This document shows, piece after piece, positions 19,901 through 32,981 of a stretch of DNA of 64,000 bases (positions within the stretch are counted from its first letter, which is position 1; each line of letters starts with the position of its first letter). The notes under the pieces were generated by a model. It saw nothing but the letters and a program-made list of their open reading frames with translations. It made no database searches and was not told the origin of the DNA. The DNA is from Phormidium sp. (GTDB lineage: Bacteria > Cyanobacteriota > Cyanobacteriia > Cyanobacteriales > Aerosakkonemataceae), in NCBI GenBank assembly GCA_051013385.1, contig CP143273.1, forward strand, positions 608,001-672,000. The letters are read 5' to 3'. The position numbers were made by a program, and so were the translations under genes.

Positions 19901-22900
19901 GTTGGAAACTTTCGTCTGTTTCGTTTATTTTACACGGGGCACACCCTACCGATTGGGTTAATTCGGATTAGTTGGAAACGCTTAGCAGGTCAGCAAACAC
20001 TCATTCACATAAGACCCTACCGATTGGGTTAATTCGGATTAGTTGGAAACTATTGGTTTAAAAACCATAATCATCGACCTCCGCCTCCCTACCGATTGGG
20101 TTAATTCGGATTAGTTGGAAACACGATATATGTCTAAATCAAAACCTGTTAACCACTTGACCCTACCGATTGGGTTAATTCGGATTAGTTGGAAACGCTT
20201 TATCTGGCATGTTAAACAATGGCAACCATGACCCTACCGATTGGGTTAATTCGGATTAGTTGGAAACCAAAATAAAACCTCGAAGTAAAATTTTGTACAC
20301 CCTACCGATTGGGTTAATTCGGATTAGTTGGAAACAAAAGAATTTGAGTTTGAGTTTTTTTTCGAGATTTGCCCTACCGATTGGGTTAATTCGGATTAGT
20401 TGGAAACCCTCTGGCGGATAGTCGGGAATGCCGTCATCAACCGGACCCTACCGATTGGGTTAATTCGGATTAGTTGGAAACTATGAATCAACAGGTCTGC
20501 CAAGGTGTACTTTCATGTATTACCCCTACCGATTGGGTTAATTCGGATTAGTTGGAAACAAGTAATATTATTAAACTTTCTTAGTTCTCGCAGCCACTCA
20601 TCCCTACCGATTGGGTTAATTCGGATTAGTTGGAAACAAAACCTAAAGAAACAACAGAACCAGCAACCAAGCGAACCCTACCGATTGGGTTAATTCGGAT
20701 TAGTTGGAAACTTCATAGAAGAAATATTTCCTCCTCCAGCTTGCCCTTCCCTACCGATTGGGTTAATTCGGATTAGTTGGAAACCAACAACCAGCAAGCC
20801 AGTAACAGCGGAAGCAGCAATAGACCCTACCGATTGGGTTAATTCGGATTAGTTGGAAACGGTCTGTGCGTTCCCTGGGTTAAAAAATCCCAAGGAAACC
20901 CTACCGATTGGGTTAATTCGGATTAGTTGGAAACGATGCTTCAGGTACCGATTGAGTATTTGGAATGGTGACATTTTCCCTACCGATTGGGTTAATTCGG
21001 ATTAGTTGGAAACTGTACTTGGTGTTGTACTTGGTGTGCCGCCACGGGTACGGGCAGCCCCTACCGATTGGGTTAATTCGGATTAGTTGGAAACGTGTTC
21101 ATAGATGGATTGTAACGCGTCGACAGATCAACCCTACCGATTGGGTTAATTCGGATTAGTTGGAAACCAGAAGACGTGACCTTGGAACATTTTCACGGGT
21201 CCCTACCGATTGGGTTAATTCGGATTAGTTGGAAACGGATTGCTGCATATTGACTTGAACAGGCATTCCAGTTCCATCCCTACCGATTGGGTTAATTCGG
21301 ATTAGTTGGAAACTGACTGTTTCTTGGTCAAAGTCCTTATTAGTTAGGACTTCGACCCTACCGATTGGGTTAATTCGGATTAGTTGGAAACATCTGGGTA
21401 GTTATAGCCCAGAATGGCTTTGCAAAGCCCTACCGATTGGGTTAATTCGGATTAGTTGGAAACCACGTGAATCGTAAATTGCGTCAAGCTGGTCAAGCCG
21501 ACCCTACCGATTGGGTTAATTCGGATTAGTTGGAAACATTCGCAATACTGCCAGTCCTTGTTAAACGTACGATTCATTTCACCCTACCGATTGGGTTAAT
21601 TCGGATTAGTTGGAAACTCTTTACCGTTTGGTAAGATTTGAAACGAAGCTTCGGGACCCTACCGATTGGGTTAATTCGGATTAGTTGGAAACGAGATTTT
21701 TCCTCCCCAATTAGGATGGTGGCACTTAGTCCCTACCGATTGGGTTAATTCGGATTAGTTGGAAACTTAAAAATTAAATCCAAATAAAAGAGAAAGAAAT
21801 TGAACCCTACCGATTGGGTTAATTCGGATTAGTTGGAAACGAAATCGTTGGTTGCGCAACATGCAGCTGCAGAGCTGCGAAAAGCCCTACCGATTGGGTT
21901 AATTCGGATTAGTTGGAAACAACAACGGTCCCATCAGCTGCAAGAGTGGTTCCACCGGACCCTACCGATTGGGTTAATTCGGATTAGTTGGAAACACCAG
22001 ACGGAGTCATTAGCGTTTTTTACTCCGCTAAGCCCTACCGATTGGGTTAATTCGGATTAGTTGGAAACACAATATTGTCGTTTGACATGACTCTTTCTCC
22101 TTTTTCCCTACCGATTGGGTTAATTCGGATTAGTTGGAAACACATTTATGATATGTACAGAAAAGAAGAATGTTAAATCCCTACCGATTGGGTTAATTCG
22201 GATTAGTTGGAAACTTAAAACACATTCATCTTCTTTTTTTTGCACATCCACCCCTACCGATTGGGTTAATTCGGATTAGTTGGAAACTTTCAGGTGCAAT
22301 AAAGAAGAAAAACAAAAATGCAGCAAAACCCTACCGATTGGGTTAATTCGGATTAGTTGGAAACATTTTTTGATCACATTCGCTGCGCGGGTTACGTGCA
22401 GCGTACCCTACCGATTGGGTTAATTCGGATTAGTTGGAAACACTTTGAACAACATTCAAAGTTTTGGTTGTAGGATCGTCCCTACCGATTGGGTTAATTC
22501 GGATTAGTTGGAAACACCTGGAACCTGTTCGTAGACAACAGTAAGAACTTTAGTTCCCTACCGATTGGGTTAATTCGGATTAGTTGGAAACGTTGGATTT
22601 GCATTTTGACGTAAACGCTGATCCACCCTACCGATTGGGTTAATTCGGATTAGTTGGAAACATTTACTGAAGCAGCCATTACACCAGGTACTGTACCCTA
22701 CCGATTGGGTTAATTCGGATTAGTTGGAAACTCTTTTCATCTTGCTCCTCTGTTTCAGAAATGGTTTGATCCCTACCGATTGGGTTAATTCGGATTAGTT
22801 GGAAACACTTGGGTGAGGTCACGATTGATACCAGTAATACCGGTTCCCCTACCGATTGGGTTAATTCGGATTAGTTGGAAACTTTTCGTTGTATTAAGTT

Positions 22901-25900
22901 TCGGAAAAAGTCTGCTAAGGCCCTACCGATTGGGTTAATTCGGATTAGTTGGAAACTCAACAGTGGATTTTGAAAAATGCAGTGTTTAACCCTACCGATT
23001 GGGTTAATTCGGATTAGTTGGAAACACAGTTTTTGAATTTCCACCTGTCGCAGATGGGCCATCTTTAAGCACCCCTACCGATTGGGTTAATTCGGATTAG
23101 TTGGAAACTCTTGTGTTTTGGCAGCCGGAAACTACCAAAAAAAAACCCTACCGATTGGGTTAATTCGGATTAGTTGGAAACTCCTATTGTACTCAATAGG
23201 ATTACTATGAACCTGTTTAGCCCTACCGATTGGGTTAATTCGGATTAGTTGGAAACTAAAGAGTGATAGATTTGTTCAGGTAAGTGGAATTAAACCCTAC
23301 CGATTGGGTTAATTCGGATTAGTTGGAAACCATAAAGACTTCCATCCTCACTTTTGCTGATATCGCTTGCCCTACCGATTGGGTTAATTCGGATTAGTTG
23401 GAAACCTTTTTGCTGTGCTTCTTTTTTCATTTGTTCAAATTCCCTACCGATTGGGTTAATTCGGATTAGTTGGAAACAACAGAGGAGACAAGGTACTAAT
23501 AAACTTTCGCGGCCCTACCGATTGGGTTAATTCGGATTAGTTGGAAACCCTTGTTGCCACCCTACAAATGTGGAATTGGAATTTTTGGGCCCTACCGATT
23601 GGGTTAATTCGGATTAGTTGGAAACTACCCTACCTGTTGGGTAGGGTTCGGTAGCGGATTTGCCCCTACCGATTGGGTTAATTCGGATTAGTTGGAAACT
23701 TTACGCGGTCACTCGACGGCGTAATTTTCCAAAAATACCCTACCGATTGGGTTAATTCGGATTAGTTGGAAACACTAAAGCGCCATCCTTTGTTTGTTTG
23801 CCGCCTAAAACCCTACCGATTGGGTTAATTCGGATTAGTTGGAAACTTTGATACCACCATTCGGCAACAAATGCAACACCTTCAGGCCCTACCGATTGGG
23901 TTAATTCGGATTAGTTGGAAACTTCAGGTTATGTTGACTAAGTTTCGGGACTTAGTTTACAACCCTACCGATTGGGTTAATTCGGATTAGTTGGAAACTA
24001 GTTAATTCGTCCGGTATAATTATTGGCATTAAGCCCTACCGATTGGGTTAATTCGGATTAGTTGGAAACACATTGTACCAGGAACACTTGTTCCATTACG
24101 AGTTAACTCCACAACCCTACCGATTGGGTTAATTCGGATTAGTTGGAAACGTTGAGACCTCGACCGATTGCCAAACGGTCAACCCTACCGATTGGGTTAA
24201 TTCGGATTAGTTGGAAACGTGGATCTAGTGAGTTAGGAATATAGATCTCTTCCCTACCGATTGGGTTAATTCGGATTAGTTGGAAACTTTATCTTCCTCG
24301 GGGAGAATATTTACTTTTTCGTCAACACCCTACCGATTGGGTTAATTCGGATTAGTTGGAAACGCATTTCTTGGGGTTGTGTGGGGTTTAGCGTAATTGA
24401 ACCCTACCGATTGGGTTAATTCGGATTAGTTGGAAACCTTTAGGAAGCTCAAAAGAAAATACGGAGTGACGGGTGACACCCCTACCGATTGGGTTAATTC
24501 GGATTAGTTGGAAACAATTAAAGAAATCGAAACTCCACATAAAACCAAGACAAGGTCCCTACCGATTGGGTTAATTCGGATTAGTTGGAAACCTTGTTCT
24601 GAGGGGTTATAATTTGTTTGTGCAGTTACACTTCCCTACCGATTGGGTTAATTCGGATTAGTTGGAAACAGCTTTCTGACAAAATATACCACAGGAGGCA
24701 TCACTAACCCTACCGATTGGGTTAATTCGGATTAGTTGGAAACTCAATCTCTTTACCATTTAAAATTTTCAAATAGTCATTAGTCCCTACCGATTGGGTT
24801 AATTCGGATTAGTTGGAAACACGCAGCTCTGCACGAGCTACGAGACATTTCTTTAGCCCTACCGATTGGGTTAATTCGGATTAGTTGGAAACTTTATCAG
24901 GTATTTACCATGGTTTCAAAGAATTAAATCCCCTACCGATTGGGTTAATTCGGATTAGTTGGAAACCAGTTGTGAAGCCTGGTGATGGCTGCAATGTTTG
25001 ACCACCCTACCGATTGGGTTAATTCGGATTAGTTGGAAACGGAAATGATTTTTCATTCCACTTACCAGAACACTCGTCCCTACCGATTGGGTTAATTCGG
25101 ATTAGTTGGAAACACACTAACAACACTAACAACAAATTTATTAAACATTCTGACCCTACCGATTGGGTTAATTCGGATTAGTTGGAAACTTGCCCATACG
25201 TAATGGTTGAGGTTACCTTGTTTGCCCTACCGATTGGGTTAATTCGGATTAGTTGGAAACACAATTATCTGCGCTACCTCGTTTTGAGGCGACACAACCC
25301 TACCGATTGGGTTAATTCGGATTAGTTGGAAACGTTTCCCCATCTGGGCATGAAACCTGCTGTTGGGGTGACCCTACCGATTGGGTTAATTCGGATTAGT
25401 TGGAAACGCGGCTGTCTCTAACTACTTCAGCGTAAACTCTGCCTTTAAGACCCTACCGATTGGGTTAATTCGGATTAGTTGGAAACGTAGAGGTCAATTT
25501 CCATGCGGGAATCCGAAGAGTCAGCCCTACCGATTGGGTTAATTCGGATTAGTTGGAAACTCGATGGTAGCAGCCCCTATCCAGCGGGCAGTGGATTTGT
25601 CACCCTACCGATTGGGTTAATTCGGATTAGTTGGAAACATTGGCTATTACTCCAGGTTATTTTGAGATGGGAATGGCCCCTACCGATTGGGTTAATTCGG
25701 ATTAGTTGGAAACTTTTAGCCGATTTCTAAAGACTCAAACTCAAGAGTGACCCTACCGATTGGGTTAATTCGGATTAGTTGGAAACAGTAATAATTGCAA
25801 GCGTACGGAAAATGTACACTTGCAAATGGGCCCTACCGATTGGGTTAATTCGGATTAGTTGGAAACATTTTTCACCACAAACTTTGCAGCAAACGGATTC

Positions 25901-28900
25901 CCCTACCGATTGGGTTAATTCGGATTAGTTGGAAACCCCCATGCATGGGCATCACTAAAATAGGAAAAAATTTGATCCCTACCGATTGGGTTAATTCGGA
26001 CTAGTTGGAAACATCTTCCATTTGCCCCGTAGCTATGGCAATCTGTGCAACACAACCCTACCGATTGGGTTAATTCGGATTAGTTGGAAACAAAAATTCA
26101 CAGACCCGATTTTTATTGGGATAGCTTTGACCCTACCGATTGGGTTAATTCGGATTAGTTGGAAACGTCCGTACAACTCTCTTAAAGCCTGCCTTCTACG
26201 CAGCTCTGCCCTACCGATTGGGTTAATTCGGATTAGTTGGAAACACCAGATCCCGTAATAGATCCGTCAAAAAACAGATTGACCCCTACCGATTGGGTTA
26301 ATTCGGATTAGTTGGAAACGCCTGAACCTCTATTTTTAGCCGATTTCTAAAGCCCTACCGATTGGGTTAATTCGGATTAGTTGGAAACCGTAAACGGGAA
26401 CACTAGGGTGTTCCAAAGAAGACCCTACCGATTGGGTTAATTCGGATTAGTTGGAAACTAACGGAGGCCGCGTGTAAAGTAATGGAGGCAGCCCGCCCCT
26501 ACCGATTGGGTTAATTCGGATTAGTTGGAAACTTTTGAGCAACCACGGGGGTTACAAAAGAAAACCCTACCGATTGGGTTAATTCGGATTAGTTGGAAAC
26601 TTTCGGCTAGCTGACAAAGCTAACGGAAAATGTAGTTCCCCTACCGATTGGGTTAATTCGGATTAGTTGGAAACGAAATTTTAACTCATTCAGATCAAGC
26701 GACCTTACAAAGTCCCTACCGATTGGGTTAATTCGGATTAGTTGGAAACCTTTACACGCGGCCTCCGTTAATTCTTTGGGAGGCTGCTCATCCCTACCGA
26801 TTGGGTTAATTCGGATTAGTTGGAAACCCCTGTGTTCTATTTTAACAGGTAGATCCAACAAAGCCCTACCGATTGGGTTAATTCGGATTAGTTGGAAACA
26901 ATTTATTCTTCCTCCTTTCTATATTCATCATCAACTTTTCCCTACCGATTGGGTTAATTCGGATTAGTTGGAAACCATAAAAAAGTTGACAACCTTCAAC
27001 ATCAAAATTCCCTACCGATTGGGTTAATTCGGATTAGTTGGAAACTCGGTGACTCAGTACCGCTAAAAAAAGCAATGGCCCTACCGATTGGGTTAATTCG
27101 GATTAGTTGGAAACAGTTAGTTTAACTCCGGTAATAGGAGCTGGCATCACACCCTACCGATTGGGTTAATTCGGATTAGTTGGAAACCCACTTCCAGTAA
27201 CGCGGGAAGTGGGGCATTGATTCAATATACCCTACCGATTGGGTTAATTCGGATTAGTTGGAAACTCTTATCGTGGGCTGGTCTTCCGGACCATTATATG
27301 GGGTTCGGCCCTACCGATTGGGTTAATTCGGATTAGTTGGAAACGAGTGAAGCCAAGCGAGAGTGAAGCCAAGCGAGGCCCTACCGATTGGGTTAATTCG
27401 GATTAGTTGGAAACTTTAACAGTTAGTTTTGGTTGCATCTCGGATTAAATAAATCCGACCCTACCGATTGGGTTAATTCGGATTAGTTGGAAACAAATTA
27501 CGCGGTCACACGACGGCTTAAGCTTAATACCCTACCGATTGGGTTAATTCGGATTAGTTGGAAACCATCTGGATTGGAAGGGAGTATATTAAAAACAGAT
27601 TCCCCTACCGATTGGGTTAATTCGGATTAGTTGGAAACCTGGGGCGGAGCACGCAACATTCAAAACGACGCTTCCCGAAACCCTACCGATTGGGTTAATT
27701 CGGATTAGTTGGAAACGCTTTATTTGGTTTTCCTCCTCCATCTGCCTTAGCAGCGGCCCTACCGATTGGGTTAATTCGGATTAGTTGGAAACCTTTAATC
27801 CAAAATTTTGAATCTCACATATCATTTGACCCTACCGATTGGGTTAATTCGGATTAGTTGGAAACGATGAGCCGCAATTAGATTTATTAAAGAGTTGCTC
27901 GACCCTACCGATTGGGTTAATTCGGATTAGTTGGAAACCCATTGTTCATAATTAAAGCACCTGTGCGAATTACCATCCCCTACCGATTGGGTTAATTCGG
28001 ATTAGTTGGAAACGTTTTGCCACAAAAGTATCAAATTGTTGCCGGGTGATACCCTACCGATTGGGTTAATTCGGATTAGTTGGAAACTTTTGCTGCTTCT
28101 AATACCAATTCCCAAGGAAAATATCTACCCTACCGATTGGGTTAATTCGGATTAGTTGGAAACAAATAGATGGAGGAGTTGTTCCAGGATTGTTAGCCCT
28201 ACCGATTGGGTTAATTCGGATTAGTTGGAAACCTTTTAACCATGTGTACCTCTTGTTGCGCAACCCCTACCGATTGGGTTAATTCGGATTAGTTGGAAAC
28301 TTTAATTGTTAACTCCAACCCTTGTAACTCAACAACCCCTACCGATTGGGTTAATTCGGATTAGTTGGAAACCTGAGACATTACCGGCGACAATGCTAAA
28401 GAGCTCAACCCTACCGATTGGGTTAATTCGGATTAGTTGGAAACTTTGTTGAATATGCCCGTAAAAGTGGAGTCTAAGGTAGACCCTACCGATTGGGTTA
28501 ATTCGGATTAGTTGGAAACGTTAGACTCAGCTAACTTGGGGTTTTTTTGAGCAGCAGCAGCCCTACCGATTGGGTTAATTCGGATTAGTTGGAAACTTTG
28601 TAGAATGCGTTTAAGTTTTCACCGTCGCCCCTACCGATTGGGTTAATTCGGATTAGTTGGAAACATTTCATGAAAAAATCTCCCAAAAATAACGTTAAAC
28701 GAACACTTCCCTACCGATTGGGTTAATTCGGATTAGTTGGAAACGATTTTATATAGACGCTCAGCCCGCCATTGAAAAACCCTACCGATTGGGTTAATTC
28801 GGATTAGTTGGAAACGATTGAATCTTAATATGACTATAATCTGATCTTCCCTACCGATTGGGTTAATTCGGATTAGTTGGAAACCGTTAACATTCTCCAG

Positions 28901-30081
28901 TCGCATTTATGCCGTAATTCCCCCTACCGATTGGGTTAATTCGGATTAGTTGGAAACCTTTAACTCCCTGTGCAGCCAGTCCTACCAAAACCCTACCGAT
29001 TGGGTTAATTCGGATTAGTTGGAAACAAGTCGGATATGTTTGCTGAGCGGAAACAGGTAAAGCAGAACAACCCTACCGATTGGGTTAATTCGGATTAGTT
29101 GGAAACAAAATCAACCGACATATCCTTAATGTTTCCACCGGCGGTAGCTCCCTACCGATTGGGTTAATTCGGATTAGTTGGAAACTCTTGCTCCTGTGCC
29201 GGTTCCGCAGTGTTAATACGAGACCGGCCCTACCGATTGGGTTAATTCGGATTAGTTGGAAACCCGAAATAGTCGGAAATGTTTTTGCAGAGACCAAACC
29301 CCTACCGATTGGGTTAATTCGGATTAGTTGGAAACCTTTTTCAGCTATACATATAGCCTCGAGTAGCTCTACCGAAACCCTACCGATTGGGTTAATTCGG
29401 ATTAGTTGGAAACTAACTTTGACTAATAGTATCAATGCGACCTTCGGATATACCCTACCGATTGGGTTAATTCGGATTAGTTGGAAACTTCTGGGACTTT
29501 AATCATCGTCCCATCTTTTTGTAATAATTCCCTACCGATTGGGTTAATTCGGATTAGTTGGAAACGTTAAAGCCACAAATTTTTTTTTCATTGCAATGAA
29601 AATAGACGTCCCTACCGATTGGGTTAATTCGGATTAGTTGGAAACCAGTACCGTCCCAGTTAAACCCAATTAAAAACACCAACCCTACCGATTGGGTTAA
29701 TTCGGATTAGTTGGAAACTTTAAACTGAACTTCATGATATTCTCCTATTCTCCTTGCCCTACCGATTGGGTTAATTCGGATTAGTTGGAAACGAATATTC
29801 TCCGTGCGTTGTTTTTTGCTTAAGGCATCCCTACCGATTGGGTTAATTCGGATTAGTTGGAAACTTGCTATTAAAGCTGCCCAAAAACATAAAATAAATA
29901 AACCCTACCGATTGGGTTAATTCGGATTAGTTGGAAACGCTTAAACCACCATTCCCATTGGTTTGCTGAGCACTCCCTACCGATTGGGTTAATTCGGATT
30001 AGTTGGAAACTAGTGGTGTTAGTGCTAACTATAACTACACCAAATCCCTACCGATTGGGTTAATTCGGATTAGTTGAAAAC
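13933..30081 (+). CRISPR. CRISPR array 1, repeat CCCTACCGATTGGGTTAATTCGGATTAGTTGGAAAC (36 nt), about 220 repeats
   Basis: Repeats with unique ~33-45 nt spacers and ~74 bp period; last repeat degenerate (TTGAAAAC); count estimated from span. Confidence 0.99.
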
Positions 30082-30092
30082 GGATTAGTTTG

Positions 30093-30121
30093 ACCCTACC
30101 AATCAGTTAAATCGGTAGGGT
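30093..30121 (+). terminator. Hairpin at the trailer end of array 1
   Basis: ACCCTACC-N13-GGTAGGGT inverted repeat between the array and the convergent ORF. Confidence 0.6.
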
Positions 30122-30133
30122 TGAAAAAATTAC

Positions 30134-31495
30134 TTAATTTCTTATTAACCAACCAGCAATCCCTTCGAGCTTTTTCCTTGATGCAGCGGTAGCATCCTTG
30201 AGTATCTGTCCGGCACGCAGATTAACCAATGGCCCAACTGTAGTCCAAGCAGTAGGATTCTGCTGACCCCAAGCTTCTGCATATTTGCGATACTCATTGA
30301 GAACCGCTTGCCAATAACGAGCTACTCGATCGGGCTTAGGACTCCCGAACCAATTTGATTGAGGCTTCTTCAGGGGATTGTTACTCCAACAGAAGAGATG
30401 TTTTTGCAGTTGGGGCAAGATATCCCGTTCAAACATTTCAAACAACCAAGCTTCAACTTGTTGAGCCACAGATTGCTCAGTTTCGTGCTGCCATTGCACC
30501 AGGGTCATTGATTGATTAAGTAAAGCTTCCCGTGCAAACTCAGGTCGAGATTGTTGTAGTGCTAATTCTTCACGGGCTATTTGACTATCTTTAGCTAAAG
30601 CATCGATCGTATCTAAATAGTCTCGATTAATTGCCTCTAAATTTAAAGATTGGTAGGCTTCCTTTAACTCATTAGCTGTCCAATAACCGTAGGAACGTAG
30701 CAATAAGGTTTCTGTTTGGGTGTATAACTCCAGTAAGCACCGGAATCGCGTTACATTTTGTTCCTGCTGAGTAGAGTTTACAGATTCAGCAATTTCTTGC
30801 GCTAAATCCTGCCGTAAAGCCAGAATTTGCTGCCGATATGGAACCAAGGGATTGCCTTGATGTAACCACAAAATCTGTTCTCGAAAAGTAGTAGATTTGA
30901 TGCGGACAAGGCTGGCTAGGGAACCTAAAGTAGTAATAGCATCGATCGGTAAAACTTCCTGCTCTGTAAAACCAGACTCAGCACGATGAGGCTCAAAAGG
31001 TGGGCGAAATCTTCCTGCAACCGCACTCAATTCTTGCACTTGCGGGTCAGTAGAATCACAGCCCGAAAAAACTACTTGTAAACGAGTATTGTTTGACATA
31101 TCAGCATTGAGTCTGGGGTCGGGATTCCCTGCACTTGATTGCTGCCCGAAAGCCAGAAAAACACCTTTCGAGCGCGCTTTTTCCAGAAAATCGCCTAACT
31201 CCCCCGAAAAAACCGAACCCATTTCATCAATCACCATCAGTACCGGACGCAAACCAAGCTCTTTCCAAAAGAGAGGACATTGGGCTACCAATTCTTCATA
31301 CAATTGCGGAAAAACCAGTCGCGCTAGGGCTTGGCTAATCGAAGAATTCAGTCCATCTGATTGGTCTATAACTAAAACTTGTCCCTGTGGAGACTGACGC
31401 AAATGCAATCCAAAATTAGCAAGATCGTCAGCACCAGTCACAGATGCTAAACTCTCAAACTGACTGAGTAGTTGTTGAGCAGTTGGGCCAACCAT
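30134..31495 (-). CDS. VirD4/TraD-like coupling-protein C-terminal ATPase fragment, probably 5'-truncated
   Basis: LMVIDEMG (Walker B), EKARSKGV...GQQS and NNTRLQVVF; no Walker A; frame stays open ~55 codons upstream without an ATG. Confidence 0.6.
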   Translation of the reverse strand: MVGPTAQQLLSQFESLASVTGADDLANFGLHLRQSPQGQVLVIDQSDGLNSSISQALARLVFPQLYEELVAQCPLFWKELGLRPVLMVIDEMGSVFSGELGDFLEKARSKGVFLAFGQQSSAGNPDPRLNADMSNNTRLQVVFSGCDSTDPQVQELSAVAGRFRPPFEPHRAESGFTEQEVLPIDAITTLGSLASLVRIKSTTFREQILWLHQGNPLVPYRQQILALRQDLAQEIAESVNSTQQEQNVTRFRCLLELYTQTETLLLRSYGYWTANELKEAYQSLNLEAINRDYLDTIDALAKDSQIAREELALQQSRPEFAREALLNQSMTLVQWQHETEQSVAQQVEAWLFEMFERDILPQLQKHLFCWSNNPLKKPQSNWFGSPKPDRVARYWQAVLNEYRKYAEAWGQQNPTAWTTVGPLVNLRAGQILKDATAASRKKLEGIAGWLIRN

Positions 31496-31745
31496 TGCAT
31501 CACCATTTTCCTGACGACGAAGTAATGGCAGTAAATCTTTCTTAAGTCGTTCTGATGCCGAAGCAGGAAGATGATGAGATTGCAGTAATACCTCAATTGG
31601 ATGTTCTTGGGCATCGCTTTCTGCTAAAACAGTCCATAGCGCAGGAATTTCAATTGCATAGAGTTAGCTTAAAGTTCAAAGCATTAATTAAATCTCAAGT
31701 TTGGCTTCAACCCCGTCCCCAAAGGAACGGGGATTAAAGTGTGAG

Positions 31746-32939
31746 CTATTTTTTCCAATCAGCCGGAGGAGTTGGGGGATTTTTTGTCACATCAGTTGGC
31801 AAGCTTGGCATGGTTGGTTGTTGGAAAAGTAAAGCGGCTTGCGCTGGAGTTAGTTTGGCTTTTTCTAACAATTCTTTTGGAGTATTTTGGGCGATCGACA
31901 AACCATAACGTCGAACTTGTTCGGGAAGATTAGCAATTTCCACTAATCCTCGATCGATCGCACGCTGAAGTAATTTCATTTCCTCAACTTGATGTTCAAT
32001 CAGCTTGTTGTACAGCTTAAGTTGAATTTCTTTGCTGATTTGGTCGTGCCAATAATTGAGTAGGGGTTGAATATTGGTTTGTTCGTCAACTTTAGTATGA
32101 TTTTGTGGGGATTGTTGAGCTTTTTGGATCTGTTTGCGACGTAGGCGATCGATCGCTACCAACAAAGCAGTTGGCCCAATATAGGTAGTACCAAAACTCC
32201 AAGCAAAGCTGACTGTACCGACAAATACACCGTGCAACGCCGTAGGAGGATTTAATACGAGTGCTGCTTGAGTATCAGAATTTTGCTCGTCTTGTAAACC
32301 TTGCGTTCCCAAACTGCTAACATCTGCTGTGGCAAACAACAACTGCCCCAGCGCCATGTAGTACAACAAACCTTGAGCGACAAAAGCCAAAAAGCGCCCA
32401 GTACGAGAAATCAATTGCCAATTTCCAGTTAGAACTTTCTTGTGGTCGAGGTAAGCATCGCTTAAAGATGTACCCTCCAAAATTCCCGTACCCATCAAAG
32501 CCACAGCTTCAGTAATGGCTATTTGAGTTCCAAACAGAGGAATAGCAATACCCGCCCCTCCACTAAGTAAGTAAAGCAGCAAACTGCTGGAAACATAAGT
32601 GGAAACTAAACTGGCTAAATAAAACGTACTTAATACCCCAACTATTGCGACATTCCAAAAATCTGGTTCGTGTGGAGAATTAGTTGCATTGGCAAATTCA
32701 AATTTGCCATTTTCTTGAGTATTGATGGTAACTAAATCGGTGTTACTTGCATTATTTAATTCTGACCACTCTGGAGCTAATAGAGTTGGGTTTTGGAGAT
32801 TAGGAACTGCGTCGCGGTTAGTTTGTTTAGTGCGATCGACACCTCTGCGTTTTTTTCGCTTCAGCATCCGCTTGGCATCTTGAGCAAATGTTTGACGGTG
32901 ATGACCGTTATTATTGTGATTGCTTTGTTGGGAATTCAT
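31746..32939 (-). CDS. Hypothetical multi-pass membrane protein with coiled-coil C-terminus
   Basis: 397 aa with several hydrophobic segments. Confidence 0.7.
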   Translation of the reverse strand: MNSQQSNHNNNGHHRQTFAQDAKRMLKRKKRRGVDRTKQTNRDAVPNLQNPTLLAPEWSELNNASNTDLVTINTQENGKFEFANATNSPHEPDFWNVAIVGVLSTFYLASLVSTYVSSSLLLYLLSGGAGIAIPLFGTQIAITEAVALMGTGILEGTSLSDAYLDHKKVLTGNWQLISRTGRFLAFVAQGLLYYMALGQLLFATADVSSLGTQGLQDEQNSDTQAALVLNPPTALHGVFVGTVSFAWSFGTTYIGPTALLVAIDRLRRKQIQKAQQSPQNHTKVDEQTNIQPLLNYWHDQISKEIQLKLYNKLIEHQVEEMKLLQRAIDRGLVEIANLPEQVRRYGLSIAQNTPKELLEKAKLTPAQAALLFQQPTMPSLPTDVTKNPPTPPADWKK

Positions 32940-32981
32940 AGTGTAAGTAAAGTGATTTGTAGAGGTGAATAATTCTGATGA

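Noticed and set aside
25977..26012. Single repeat variant (GGACTAG instead of GGATTAG at 26001)
   Set aside because: Isolated substitution not propagated to neighbouring repeats; point mutation or sequencing error
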